The notes: generated by a model from the letters alone, not told the origin. Counted from the first letter of the stretch, positions 26,015 through 39,440 are shown. The stretch: 64,000 nucleotides of DNA from Octopus sinensis (GCF_006345805.1 NC_043023.1:20832001-20896000); one strand, 5' to 3'. Made by a program: numbers and translations.

Positions 26015-26571
26015 ACGACAGGCTTCTTTCAGTTTCCGTCTACCAAATCCACTCACAAGGCATTAGTTGGCCCAGGGCTATAGCAGAAGACACTTGCCCA
26101 AGATGCCACGCAGTGGGACTGAACCCGGAACCATGTGGTTGGTTAGAAAGCTACTTACCACACAGCCACTCCTGCTCCTAATATGTTTATTAATATTTGT
26201 GTTTATATATATATATATATACTTGTGGGTTCGAGGATATATATATATTATATATAGTATATATACATATATATATATATACTATATATATATATATATA
26301 CCCTCGAACCCACAAGTGTGAACAAGAGAGACAGACCAAGGCAGAAACAAGGGAAATGCCACTTATATTTGAACACTATACAAATATTTCTTTAAAAAAA
26401 CATTTCTTTTAATTTTTCTAAATTTAATTATTTAATCGTTACAGTTGAAAAGGTCTCAAATGACTGAAACCGCTACTGAAATGTCCTTTATAAAATTATT
26501 TTAGCATTTTCTATCTTGACTTATTTTTTCATATATATATATATATATATTATATATATTATATATATATA

Positions 26572-26620
<49 letters not shown>

Positions 26621-26635
26621 GTATATATATATATG

Positions 26636-26691
<56 letters not shown>

Positions 26692-26746
26692 ATACATATA
26701 TACATATACATATACATATATATATACATACATACATACATACATA

Positions 26747-26803
<57 letters not shown>

Positions 26804-26811
26804 CATATCAT

Positions 26812-26845
<34 letters not shown>

Positions 26846-27017
26846 ATATATATAATATACATATACATATATATATATATATATATATAATATACATATA
26901 TATATATATATAGATATATACATATACATATACATAATATATATATACATATCATTATATATATATATATTATACATATACATATACATATATATATATA
27001 TATATAATATATATATA

Positions 27018-27048
<31 letters not shown>

Positions 27049-27140
27049 GATATATATACATTAAATATATATTATATATATTAAAAAAATATAAATATAT
27101 GAAAGAATGGAGCTGAACGCCGAATTAACAAAACCTTTAT

Positions 27141-27221
27141 TTTCGACATATGTTTCGAAGGCTGCATATTCCTGATTGCGAAGGAATAAGGAGTATATTA
27201 TGCCGCTTTCTCATCAGGAAA
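27141..27221 (-). ncRNA. Hammerhead family H5, dispersed diverged copy (intact core)
   Basis: TTTC-CTGATGA-GAAAGC...GCCTTC-GAAAC atat GTC|GAAA; stem I UUUC/GAAA retained. Confidence 0.8.
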
Positions 27222-28179
27222 GCAAGGAACTTATGTCACATCAAAATGCACAAAAAACTTTTATATGATTGCTCACACGGAGCTCATAGCGAAAATGAGT
27301 GACTCTTTAAAATATTCCTTTATAAGGAGTGACGTCAAAGTGGTTGAATGTAGAAGAATCTAGAAGGTTCTAAAGGTTCAAGGGTTCAAACGAAGTTGGA
27401 GGAGAGAGGCATAAGAATAGGAAGGATTCGAATTAACCGATACCTGGGTAGCAAATTCGAATTAACCGATACCTGGTTAATTCGATATCGGTTAATTTGA
27501 ATTATCCTTAATAAGATAATTCATTCAACTACTTATATATCAAATCAAATCAAATCAAACTAAATCAAAATAAATGAACATCAATGGAATTTGTATCCTT
27601 GTGGTACCAGTGCCGGTGGCACATAAGAAAACCATCCGACGTGGCCGCAGCCAGTACCGCATCGACTGGCCTCCGTGCTGTGGGCCGTAACAAACACCAT
27701 CCGATCGTGGCTGTTCGCCAGCCTCGTCTGGCACCTGTGTCGGTGGCACATAAAAAACCACCATCCGAGCGTGGCTGTCTGCCAGCCTCGTCTGGCACCT
27801 GTGTCGGTGGCACATAAAATCACCCACTACACCCTCGGAGTGGTTGGCATTAGGAAGGGCATCCAGCTGTAGAAACACTGCCAGATCTGACTGGCCTGGT
27901 GCAGCCTTCGGGCTTGCCAGACCCCAGTTGAACCGTCCAACCCATGCTAGCATGGAAAGCAGACGTTAAACGATGATGATGATGATGTATATATATGTAT
28001 ATATATGTGTGTGTGTGTGTGTGTCTGCATAGCACTTGTAAACACATACATATTTCCCTGTATGTAATTGCTTAATTGTTGTGTCTCGTGATATTTTGTA
28101 CTCTGAGTATGTACACACATTTATATTTGTTATAAATGAATGTTATTGAAGGGCTGTGTTTATATTTCTTCTTCCTCAG

Positions 28180-28322
28180 ATGTGTGTTTTGTGAAGACGA
28201 AGTGGCCACAGAGAAGTTTCTTCCGTGTAAACATCTGTTGTTATGTAAGAAATGCTCTCCCCGAAAGATGCCTAAACGATGCCCTATGTGTGGCCAGAAT
28301 ATAACGAGCAAAAGTAGTTTGG
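28180..28322 (+). CDS. ANK-RING-DD gene exon 7, C3HC4 RING finger
   Basis: ttcttcctcag acceptor, G|gtaaga donor; CVFC-EDEVATEKFLP-CKH-LLL-CKKC-SPRKMPKR-CPMC; phase 2 to 1. Confidence 0.9.
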
Positions 28323-29114
28323 GTAAGAATACTGTATGATCTGTCTGTTTGTCTCATGGGCTTTATGGTGTGGAATATTGTATTTCATGTTGTTGTGTAG
28401 ATCCAGCAGACTTTTGGTAAAAGATGTTCCAGGTGTCTTTGTGATACCATATCTCTCACTTCACCCACTAAACTTTGTTCTTGTCCAATTAGAAGACTTT
28501 GTCACGCTTCAAGATGGTTACTTTCTGCAACATAAGAATAATAAAGGCTACTGAATTAAAAACGGTGACTAAATATCAATAAATCTCCAAGGTTCTCTCA
28601 GTAAATACCGACATTTTGTGTGTGATTAGAGTGATTAATGATTTATCAATAGCTATGGAAGTTTGTAATTAAAAACAACTACACTTAATTGAATATCAGA
28701 GTGAGCCTTTATAAAGTAGGAGATTCAATAAGAAAATCTCAACTGAGGGTTTAGGGACCAACATTAGAGAGGGGACATCAAAAGGGTGGGGAAACTTTGA
28801 TTGATGTATAGATTAGTATTCCTGAGTATCAGTTCTTCTGAACCGTTTCAAATATTTTCACAGCAATAATGTGCGGATGACAAGTTTTATGTCGTTAATG
28901 AGGTTTTGTGTGAATGTAGTGTGTTAATTTAGGTCACGAGATATCACTTCCTGTTAGACCTGATGTCACTTTCTGTTCGACCGGTTTTATTCAGGAGGAT
29001 GAATGACATTGAAATATCTTCAGATATTTCCCCACATCTGATTACATTCTGGAGAACTGTGATGTGGGTAATTAAGATTAAAGATTACTAGTAGTAACCA
29101 ATAACAAAGAGAAC

Positions 29115-29151
<37 letters not shown>

Positions 29152-30165
29152 TAAATTAGAGATAAAACCACTATTAGGCCAATTATACAATGAAAAACTT
29201 AAGCCAATACATAAGATTAATTAATTTATATTATTTTAAATATATATCAAAATTATTAAAAAAAAGATAATTATCTTTTTTTAATAATTTTTTTTAATAA
29301 TTTTGATATATATTTAAAATAATATAAATTAATTAATCTTATGTGGGGCTTAAGTTTTTCATTGCATGATTTGCCTAATAGTGTTTTATCTCTAATTTAA
29401 TATAATATAATATTTTACTATAAAATTGGATTCAATCCTAAATCTGATTTTTCCCTGTAAGTTTGGATTTATTCCCTAATATTTTATTATATATATATAT
29501 ATATATATAAAATATTAGAAAAAAACCCCACCTTTTTATCAATTCAAAATGAATAATTGAATTACACCATCTATTTTAATTGTAACTTTTCTAGTATATG
29601 TAATTTTCTAGATGGTGTAATTTAATTATTCATTTTGAATTGATAAAAGGTGGTTCTTTTCTAATATTTCACATATATATTATATTGTGTGGAATTTGAT
29701 TTAGTATTTCTAAATTGATTTCTTTTTCCTTGTAAGTTTGGTTTTATTCCCTCAAATAATAATTATATATATATATATATATGTGTGTGTGTGGTCTATA
29801 TATATATATATATTATATATATAATATATATATATATATATATTATATATGTATGTATATATCCATCTTGAAGTTGTGTGTCGTGTTCTAGGCTGGATCT
29901 TCGATTCACAACTTGGTTGACACTGGAATTAAGCAGAAGATGAGACGAATGTTGATTAAAGATGTCTAGAGGTGAAATGACAATGTTTTTGTCGCAGATT
30001 TAGCACAAATATATGAAAAACAATACAAAACTAAGAACTAAGAGTAAAACCTATCAGGTGATTATTAAATGAGATAATTACTGAGTTGTTAGAATTGTTG
30101 ACTGCCTTATGAGACAGAGAAGGTTTGGTAATTTTAGTCTATCCCTTTGTGGGCCTAAATATAAT

Positions 30166-30775
30166 AATAATAATAATAATAATTGTGTACAGTGCTCAGG
30201 TGCACTACAACTCATCTAAAGTGTATATATAATCAGGTGTAGTTTCGGCAGATTTCGTAAAGCATGAGGGCCTTAAAGGATGCAGTGTCATGGCAGTCAA
30301 CAACTGACGCAGGCAGTTTATTCCATGCTTCAGCAACTCTGAGCGTGAAAAAATGTTTCCGAAAGTCATGGGAGCTGTGTTGTTTTCTAACTTTGTAGGC
30401 ATGTCCACGTGTGTTAGACACATGGAGATCAAAAAGGTGTTCAGTGTTGTTGTTGGTGAGGTGGTTGATAACTTTGTGGGTGTGGGTGTTTACCAAGTCC
30501 GTCACCAGACGCCGGAGCTTCAGTGAATCCATGCCCAGGGAAACAAGGCGCTCAGAGTATGGTAGGTGTCTGATGGAGGGTATGCGTTTGGTTGCACGTC
30601 TCTGGACAGATTCCAGGAGGTCAATGTTCTGAGCAAGATAGGGGTTCCAAACTGATGATGCGAATTCCAAGTGTGGTCGTATCATAGCTGTATACAGTTT
30701 TAAATAGATGGCTGGAGAGCGGCTAACAAAAGTCTTGCTGAGTGATGCCAAGACACCCTCGGCCTTCTTGACAAT
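30166..30775 (-). mobile_element. CR1-type LINE 3' fragment with (TTA)n tail
   Basis: RPHLEFASSVWNP..LESVQRRATK..TRGH..FFTLRVAEAWNKLP. Confidence 0.85.
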
Positions 30776-30939
30776 TGAAATATTGAAACATTACTCGCTG
30801 TAGAAATTATGAAAATGTTGTCCAAAAGTCTATTGGTCACCAATTGACGAATACTCCTTCATAACAATAAAATATAGATCATTAATAAGGAGAAAGAAAC
30901 TTTACTACAAAGTCTTAAATTTGGAAATGTATTTTTCAG

Positions 30940-30990
30940 TTGGTCGGCAGTCATCGAAGAGGGAAGTCCAGGTGTTGGCAGACTCAGTGG
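30940..30990 (+). CDS. Candidate exon 8 (51 nt, phase 1/1 cassette)
   Basis: atttttcag ... G|gtaagt; (V)GRQSSKREVQVLADSV(G); flanking introns are homologous to those of exons 9 and 10. Confidence 0.6.
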
Positions 30991-31418
30991 GTAAGTATAA
31001 AATAACTAATTATGTTAGTCAACATTATTTCATACGGCGTATAGGGGTGGTTTCCCGGTTTCTGTGTGAAAAGTCTGGCTGCATTCGAAAAAATATATAC
31101 ATTAGGCGCAGGAGTGGCTGTGTGGTAAGTAGCTAGCTTACCAACCACATGGTTCCGGGTTCAGTCCCACTGCGAGGCACCTTGGGCAAATGTCTTCTAC
31201 TATAGCCCCGGGCCGACCAAAGCCTTGTGAGTGGATTTGGATTTGGTAAATGGAAACTGAAAGAAGCCCGTTGTATATATGTATATATATATATAAGTGT
31301 GTGAGTATATGTTTGTGTGTGTCTGTGTTTGTCCCCCTAGCATTGCTTGACAACCGATGCTGGTGTGTTTATGTCCCCGTCACTTAGCGGTTCGGCAAAA
31401 GTAATTGTATTAAACGTA

Positions 31419-31736
31419 AAGTATACTAGCCATCTCAATATGCTAACCACTAAGGGTGGGTGTTACTGTAGCTTGTAGCCCCAGGATATCATCGTCTCCA
31501 GCTGGCTTTAGGCACACTTTCTGTGCCGTACGCCGAAGACAGGCAAATACCTAGAAACTGCAGTCCGTGCGTATCACTTAGGTTTACGAGAGAGGGATGA
31601 CCTCCCTTTGCAAATACCATAAGGGCACAGAAAGTGTGCCTAAAGCCAGCTGGAGACGATGATCTCCTGGGGTTAAAAGCTACAGTAACACCCACCCTTA
31701 GTGGTTAGCCATATTGATATGGCTAGTATACTTTGC
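31419..31736. mobile_element. MITE-like element with terminal inverted repeats of about 105 bp
   Basis: AAAGTATACTAGCCAT...ATGGCTAGTATACTTT; interior homologous to 20863-21680. Confidence 0.65.
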
Positions 31737-32461
31737 GTTGCCGAGCGGTTAGTGTTTACATCTCGTTCAGAGATTTATAATTGTATTAAAGATATTACTG
31801 AAAATTCATAACATCGAGTCTAGCATGGTTTGTAAAATGGATAAATTAGAAAATACAATAGAGTTGATATTATCTTTTAGAACGGAACTAAAAAATGTTT
31901 TGTTTTTCGTGTAAGTTGAAGATGAAGATTTTGTTTCTTTTTCCTCCTAATTTCCTGACTAAGTTTTCCGATAAATCATTGTTGTTGTTGCTGTTGCTGC
32001 TAGCTATCCAGACATTTGTTGCAACATGTTGCCAGCGGCGAGCTGGCAGAAACGTTAGCACACCGGGCGAAATGCTTAGCGGTATCTTGTCTGCCGCTAC
32101 GCTCTGAGTTCAAATTCCTTCGAGGTCGACTTTGCCTTTCATCCTTTCAGGGTCGATTAAATAAGTACCAGTTACGCACTGGGGAAGATATAATCGACTT
32201 AATCCGTTTGTCTGTCCTTGTTTGTCTTCTGTGTTTAGCACCTTGTGCGTAGTAAAGAAATTGGTAAGTAGTTTGCTTACGAACCACATGGTTCCGGGTT
32301 CAGTCCCACTGAGTGGCACCTTGGGCAAGTGTCTTCTACTATAGCCTCGGGCCGACCAAAGCCTTATGAGTGGATTTGGTAGACGGAGACGGAAAGAAGC
32401 CCGACCTCGTGTGTACCGTTGGCGATTTTTTTTCCTGTCTTCCCTTCTTTCCTTCTCCTAT

Positions 32462-32496
32462 GTTTCTGACGAAGAGCTCCGCTCGAAATGTTAAGC
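32462..32496 (+). ncRNA. Minimal hammerhead motif (H2-like)
   Basis: GTTT-CTGACGA-A-GAGC tcc GCTC-GAA-ATGT-T|AAGC; extra A between A9 and G10.1. Confidence 0.6.
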
Positions 32497-32618
32497 CCTC
32501 CTTCTTTCCTTCTTTCCTGAGCGTCCAATAATACTATATTTGTTCCACGTCCTCGCGTTGTTGTGTTTTTTGTGCTTTCTTGTTTGGATTAAAATTATAT
32601 ATATATATATATGTGTGA

Positions 32619-32649
<31 letters not shown>

Positions 32650-33028
32650 TGTGTGTGTGTGTGTGTCTGTGTTTGTCCACCAACATCGCTTGACAAACGA
32701 TGCTGGTGTGTTTGTGTCCCTGTAACTTAGCGGTTCGGCAAAACAGACTGATAGAATAAGTACTAAGCTTACAAATAAGCTCTGGGGTCGATTTGCTCGA
32801 CTAAAGGCGGTGCTGCAGCATGGCCACAGTCAAATAACCGAAACAAGTAAAAGCGTATTATCGATAAAGAGCGAAGATTCAGGAACGTTTGTCTATTTCG
32901 TTGTCGATCTAAATTTTGCGCTGTTAATGTGACCGCGATCGAAAGCATAAAAATGATGACCAAAAGAATTTGGGTCACCAGTTGACCATTGATGATGGAA
33001 ATGTCTCACAATAATAAAATATAGATTA

Positions 33029-33426
33029 CTAGCAGTATCGCCCGGCGTTGCTCGGGTTTGTAAGGGAAATAACTATAAAGCATTTTTAGAGAGTTATAGC
33101 CCAAAAATAGCAAAAAATGCATTAAAAATGGAAAAAAAATTATGGTAAATTTTTTTTTAAATCGTTGACTCATCGTAGACATTTTTAGAGAGTTATTTCC
33201 CGTATATTTTAAAAAATATGCCTTAAAATGGAAAAAAATGATGGTAAATAATTTTTAAAATCGTAGACTCATTGTAGATGCGCGCTAATACCCAGAAGGG
33301 CTTGATATGAATCACGACTATAAGATACCCGGTTTTGGTTAAACTGCACCGCAAAATGTGGGAGTAGTTAGGAATCTAAATCGAAGGGGACAGACACTCA
33401 CACAACTACAGTTTTATATATAAAGA
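33029..33426 (-). mobile_element. Non-autonomous Helitron
   Basis: Same termini; the paralogous empty site is visible near 30870. Confidence 0.82.
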
Positions 33427-33478
33427 TTAATAATAAATACTATTAAATACTATTAAACTTGGAAATATGTTTTTTCAG

Positions 33479-33550
33479 TGTCTCAAATGTTTGAGGACAA
33501 GGGTGTACAAACTGATCCCCTGTCATCGCAGTCTACATCCCAGCAAGGTG
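33479..33550 (+). CDS. Candidate exon 9 (72 nt, phase 1/1 cassette)
   Basis: tttttcag ... G|gtgagt; (V)SQMFEDKGVQTDPLSSQSTSQQG; open frame; flanks paralogous to exons 8 and 10. Confidence 0.6.
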
Positions 33551-33735
33551 GTGAGTATGAAATAACAGTTCCTAATTGATTTCTATAAGGTTTGCTTCAC
33601 CTGGGAATATTGTGCTTGAAAGGATAACTTAAAACAACTTTCTTCTTTCCAATGGATAGATTAAGCTGTATAAATACTTCTATTAAATATATCAGTTTAC
33701 TGAAAGGTAAATCGATATCTTTGTTGTTTTTTTTT

Positions 33736-34165
33736 TTGATTGATTGATTCTAGTTTCAGCTCACGAGCTGTGGCCATGCTGGGGCACCGCCATTTGGTGT
33801 TGCTACTTGGTTTTACTTCACGAAAGCTTTTTAGCAACTGCCATTTGGTGCATGAGAGAGTTCGATGCAGCTGCCCTCATCTGCACCTCCTGCCGTGAAG
33901 TTGGTTCATCTGGGACACCCGACAGGAAGAGATCCAGTTTCATTTTACAGACATCTGCATCCACCCCATGCAGGTCTCTCAGGTTCTTCGGGAGGATATT
34001 GAAGAGCAGTGGGCCTCGGAAGCCCAGGCTATCACAGTATCTTGTCCTACATCTTGATGGCAAATTTGGAGTCCTTGGCACTATGCAGTGGCGCCCAGTT
34101 CTGACATTTGTGTAACTCTCGATGCCAAAGTTTGGGACAAGACGTTCCAGGATCTTCCAGATGTA
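33736..34165 (-). mobile_element. CR1/L2-type LINE 3' fragment (same family as 7724-8440)
   Basis: YCDSLGFRGPLLFNILPKNLRDL..KLDLFLSGVPDEP; hairpin tail and (ATCA)n. Confidence 0.82.
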
Positions 34166-34372
34166 TATTATGGTAATGTTGGTAATAATGTTTAAATTAG
34201 AAGACTCAGTAGAGTTAATTTTGTCTTTTGATCAAGAAACTAATGATGTTGTTTAAGTGTAAACAGGTGAGTTAATTATGTTTTTTTTTGTTTCACATTT
34301 TTATTGTTTATTGAAGAATTGTTATTGTTGTTTTTAAGCAGATGTCTCTCATAAGTTGGTAGAATTACAATG

Positions 34373-34757
34373 GGGAAGCACTCCGTCGGTTACGACGATG
34401 AGGGTTCTGGTTGATCCGAATCAACGGAACAGCCTGCTCGTGAAATTAACGTGCAAGTGGCTGAGCACTCCACAGACACGTGTACCCTTAACGTAGTTCT
34501 CGAGGATATTCAGCGTGACACAGAGAGTGACAAGGCCGGCCCTTTGAAATACAGGTACAACAGAAACAGGAAGTAAGAGTGAGAGAAAGTTGTGGTGAAA
34601 GAGTACAGCAGGTATCACCACCATCCCCTGCCAGAGCCTCGTGGAGCTTTAGGTGTTTTCGCTCAATAAACACTCGCAACGCCCGGTCTGGGAATCGAAA
34701 CCGCGATCCTATGATCGCGAGTCCGCTGCCCTAACCACTGGACCATTGCGCCTCCAC
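34373..34757 (-). mobile_element. SINE family B
   Basis: TSD AGAATTACAATG (34361-34372, 34758-34769). Confidence 0.85.
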
Positions 34758-36192
34758 AGAATTACAATGAAAGGGATGACATAAAAATACCATATAATAG
34801 ATCTGACCTCTGACCTCTGACCTAGATATAAAAAACAAAAGGCAAAACCAAGAGAAAAAACGGTGTTGTCAAGGGATGACCACCCTATCACTGATAGTAA
34901 ATCTATCATTTTATCTACTAAAAAAGACTTTGGTTTCATTCTTGGCCAACCATTGTCACACACACACACTCTCTCTCTTTCTCTCTATCACCCTTTCATC
35001 ATCATCATCATCATCATTTAGCGTCCGCTTTCCATGCTAGCATGGGTTGGACTGTTCTACTGGGGTCTGTGAAGCCAGAAGGCTTCATCAGGCCCAGTCA
35101 AATCTGGCAGTGTTTCTACGGCTGGATGCCCTTCCTAACGCCAACCACTCCGTAAAAGAGTACAACAGGGGTCACCACCACACTCTTCCGGAGCCTCGTG
35201 GAGTTTTAGGTGTTCTCGCTCAATAAACACACACAACGCCCGGTCTGGGAATTGAAACCGCGATCCTCCAACTGCGAGTCCGCTGCCCTAATCACTGGGC
35301 CATTGCACCTCCACAAGGTAAATACTTTTTGCAAGATATAATGCATTAAATGATGTCCTCATAATTTATCGTCTGATTTTTCAAGCCGCTATGCATTGGA
35401 TGGTTCGTCAGTGTCCAAATCAGTTTTTAATTAAAGTTACCACCCACCCACATTGGTTGAGGAACATGTCACACTTAAACATTCCAGCTTTTCTAAGGTG
35501 GCATGCTCCCCCTAACACCAGCCACTTTATAGATTGTCCTGGGTGCAATTTATTGTGCCTAAAGCAATAGAAAGTTTGTGATGTCTACAAGAATATTAAA
35601 CGCTCTCCTTTAACTTATACATAGGCGCAGGAGTGGCTGTGTGGTAAGTAGCTTGCTAACCAACCATATGGTTCCGGGTTCAGTCCCACTGCGTGGCATC
35701 TTGGGCAAGTGTCTTCTACTATAGCCCCGGGCCGACCAATGCCTTGTGAGTGGATTTGGTAGACGGAAACTGAAAGAAGCCTGTTGTATATATGTATATA
35801 TATATATGTGTGTGTGTGTTTGTGTGTCTGTGTTTGTCCCCCTAGCATTGCTTGACAACTGATGCTGGTGTGTTTACGTCCCTGTCACTTAGCGGTTCGG
35901 TAAAAGAGACCGATAGAATAAGTACTGGGCTTACAAAGAATAAGTCCCGGGGTCGATATGCTCGATTAAAGGCGGTGCTCCAGCATGGCCGCAGTCAAAT
36001 GACTGAAACAAGTAAAAGAGTAAAAGAGTAAGAGTATACAAAGAAATATCAGATGCTTCGAAAGACGAAAGAGAAAAAAGATTGGAGTGTAGCTCCTTAA
36101 GAACCTTTACAGGTCACTAGGAGACTGTTTGCAGATGCTAAGGGCGGCAGGTAGAAATGTACTGAAAGTGAGCTGAACAAGCATATAGATAA

Positions 36193-36578
36193 CTAGCAGT
36201 ATCGCCCAGCGTTGCTCGGGTTTGTAAGGGAAATAGCTATAAAGCATTTTTAGAGAGTTATAGCCCAAAATATAGCAAAAAATGCATTAAAAATGGAAAA
36301 AAAATTATGGTAAATTTTTTTGAGAGTTAAAAAGGTCGAGTTACGTCCCCTAGACAGTCTTTGGTTTGTGTTTCTGATTCTCGACCCCATGTCGAATTAA
36401 TCAATTTTTTTCAGAACTGGGGGAACTTTTCAAAATTTTCGCTGCGTTAGTTTTGAATTATGACATTGGGCTATGTGTGTGTCAAGTTTCATCAGAATCG
36501 GTTGAAAGCCGTGGTCAGGGTGAGGGTACAACCTGACAGACACACATACAGACAAACTGCCATTTATATATAGAGAGA
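36193..36578 (-). mobile_element. Non-autonomous Helitron, different 5' module
   Basis: Shared 3' hairpin/CTAG region, unrelated 5' half beginning TCTCTCTATAT. Confidence 0.72.
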
Positions 36579-37186
36579 TACCTACAATGACCCTAAAGCG
36601 GGATCAACTGTTTTGTGCAATCTACAGCAATTCCGATTTCAAGACGATGACAGACTTTTGTGAAATATTTTGTCACAAACTGCATATTCAAATTGTTATA
36701 GCAGCTCCTCATCAGATCCTTACTCTTCTCTCATATATAAAAGAAGTTCATTGCGTCCACCATCAATTGACTGGAGACATCTACTGCATGGTAGAAGGCC
36801 AAAAACCAGGTCAAGCCATAAGATATTCAAATCCCTTTTAATTTTCCTTTGTGTCTTCTATCGCATCCCAGACTTGTGGATGGTTTGAAACACCCAGAAA
36901 ACTAAGGATCAAATATTTCAGCTTGGCGATTTCAGTAAGAAAGAAGTAAATTGTTTTATGAAGAGGGCAAGTACGAAGAGAGTAAAACAGGGGGTGATGG
37001 TGTGCCATACAATGTGTACGAGTATTGTACTCGGTTATGGTATAAGCTTTTCCGCCTACGTTGAGAGCTGGAGCATAAAGGGGGGGGTCTGGTTAATGAC
37101 TGGTGCAAGGCAGAATGAGTTTACTTACCAAACAAAGCTGATCCAGAACCGATCGTCCAGTTTGATCGACATTCTTTTGTCTAGAA

Positions 37187-37700
37187 CTAGAAGTATCGCC
37201 CGGCGTTGCTCGGGTTTGTAAGGGAAATAACTATATAAGCATTTTTAGAGAGTTACTTCCCTTATACATGCCAATTCGGGCTTTCTTAGCCATTTCTGTT
37301 TTGGTGTCTTCAAGCCATGAAGTCGTTGTTCTAAAAGAACGCTGGTCTCCTTGACAACGCTTTACGACGTTGATTTCCTTACACTCCCTTCCCCACAGCT
37401 TCACGAGGGAGGGAAGAATGGGGAGAAGCAACACAGGTGCAGGTGTGACCATGGACGCCAACTCCGCCGCCATCGACACACGAAAAATTATGCATTAAAA
37501 TGGAATAAAAAATTATGTTAAATTATTTATAAAATCGTAGACTCATCGTAGACGCGCGCTAATACCCAGACAGGCTTGATATGAATCACGACTATAAGAT
37601 ACCCGAATTTGGTTAAACTGCACCTCAAAATGTGGGAGTAGTTAGGAATCTAAATCGAAAGGGACAGACACTCACACAACAACAGTTATATATATATAGA
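37187..37700 (-). mobile_element. Non-autonomous Helitron carrying about 230 bp of extra internal sequence
   Basis: Same termini; segment 37262-37490 is absent from the other copies in the window. Confidence 0.75.
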
Positions 37701-38384
37701 TGTAAATGGCAAAGATTTACATGGGTGTGCTTACCAAGAGATCAGATATATATCTACAAAATAACGGCTGAGAGAAAGTGTCCAGAAGTTTGGCATCTCC
37801 GGAACCCTTATAAGTAGATCGTGGATTTTCTGTCTGGGATGCGATAGAAGACACAAAGGAAAATTAAAAGGGATTTGAATGTCTTACGGCTTGACCTGGT
37901 TTTTGGCCTTCTACCATGCAGTAGATGTCTCCAATCAATTGATGATGGACCCAATGAACTTCTTTTAGATATGAGAGAAGAGTAAGGATCTGATGAAGAG
38001 CTGCTATAACAATTTCAATATGAAGTTTGTGACAAAATATTTCACAAAAGATTGTCATCATCTTGAAATCGGAATCGCACAAAATAATTTTGTTTGTGCC
38101 TCTTATGGAGACGTTTCTTTGATCAGCAGATTGATCAAGAGAGACCGGTTCGAGTGAAATAACCTAAGAAGGAAGGCATCCATGGATGACATAAAAATAC
38201 CATGTAAGAGATTTGGCACAGATATAAGAAACAAAAGATAAAACTAAAGAAAAACAGTTTCTTCAATTGATAAATAAACGAGATAATTGCTACATTACTT
38301 GATAATGAATGTAGGATGTCTTAATAGAGAGAAGTCTAGGAAGGTTAGTCTGTTTGGTTATGGACGTAAATATTATGCTGTGCC

Positions 38385-39440
38385 GGTGGCACATAAAAAA
38401 GCACCAACCGATCGTGGCCGATGCCGCACTCCCCTGGCACCTGTGCAGGTGGCACGTTAAAAGCACCAACCGATCGTGGCCGATGCCAGACCCCTCTGGC
38501 ACCTGTGCAGGTGGCACGTTAAAAGCACCAACCGATCGTGGCCGATGCCAGACCCCTCTGGCACCTGTGCAGGTGGCACGTTAAAAGCTCCAACCGATCG
38601 TGGCCGATGCCAGACCCCTCTGGCACCTGTGCAGGTGGCACGTTAAAAGCACCAACCGATCGTGGCCGATGCCAGACCCCTCTGGCACCTGTGCAGGTGG
38701 CACGTTAAAAGCACCAACCGATCGTGGCCGATGCCAGACCCCTCTGGCACCTGTGCAGGGGGCACGTTAAAAGCTCCAACCGATCGTGGCCGATGCCAGA
38801 CCCCTCTGGCAACCTGTGCTGCTGGCACGTTAAAAGCACCAACCGATCGTGCCGATGCCAGACCCCTCTGGCACCTGTGCAGGTGGCACGTTAAAAGCAC
38901 CAACCGATCGTGGCCGATGCCAGACCCCTCTGGCACCTGTGCAGGTGGCACGTTAAAAGCACCAACCGATCGTGGCCGATGCCAGACCCCTCTGGCACCT
39001 GTGCAGGTGGCACGTTAAAAGCTCCAACCGATCGTGGCCGATGCCAGACCCCTCTGGCACCTGTGCTGCTGGCACGTTAAAAGCACCAACCGATCGTGGC
39101 CGATGCCAGACCCCTCTGGCACCTGTGCAGGTGGCACGTTAAAAGCTCCAACCGATCGTGGCCGATGCCAGACCCCTCTGGCACCTGTGCTGCTGGCACG
39201 TTAAAAGCACCAACCGATCGTGGCCGATGCCAGACCCCTCTGGCACCTGTGCAGGTGGCACGTAAAAAGCACCCACTACACTCGCGGAGTGGTTGGCGTT
39301 AGGAAGGGCATCCAGCTGTAGAAACACTGCCAGATCAGACTGGAGCCTGGGGCAGCCCCTGGCTCCCCAGACCCCGGTCGAACCGTCCAACCCGTGCTAG
39401 CGCGGAAAACGGACGTTAAACGATGATGATGATGATGATT
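38385..39440 (+). repeat. RTE-type LINE 3' UTR with 62-bp VNTR (about 14 copies) and (GAT)n tail
   Basis: Unit GTGGCACGTTAAAAGCACCAACCGATCGTGGCCGATGCCAGACCCCTCTGGCACCTGTGCAG, then GTTGGCGTTAGGAAGGGCATCCAGCT...(GAT)n. Confidence 0.85.

Noticed and set aside
29024-29067. Possible extra exon between RING and cassette exons (cag|ATATTTCCC...TGG|gtaatt)
   Set aside because: It would enter in phase 1 and leave in phase 0, breaking the frame; no protein motif
36612-36900. NUMT idea (TGA codons where Trp would fit)
   Set aside because: Translation with the invertebrate mitochondrial code does not resemble any mitochondrial protein I recognise
38400-39270. CRISPR-like regular repeats
   Set aside because: Units are near-identical end to end with no unique spacers, there are no cas genes, and they lie in an RTE 3' UTR
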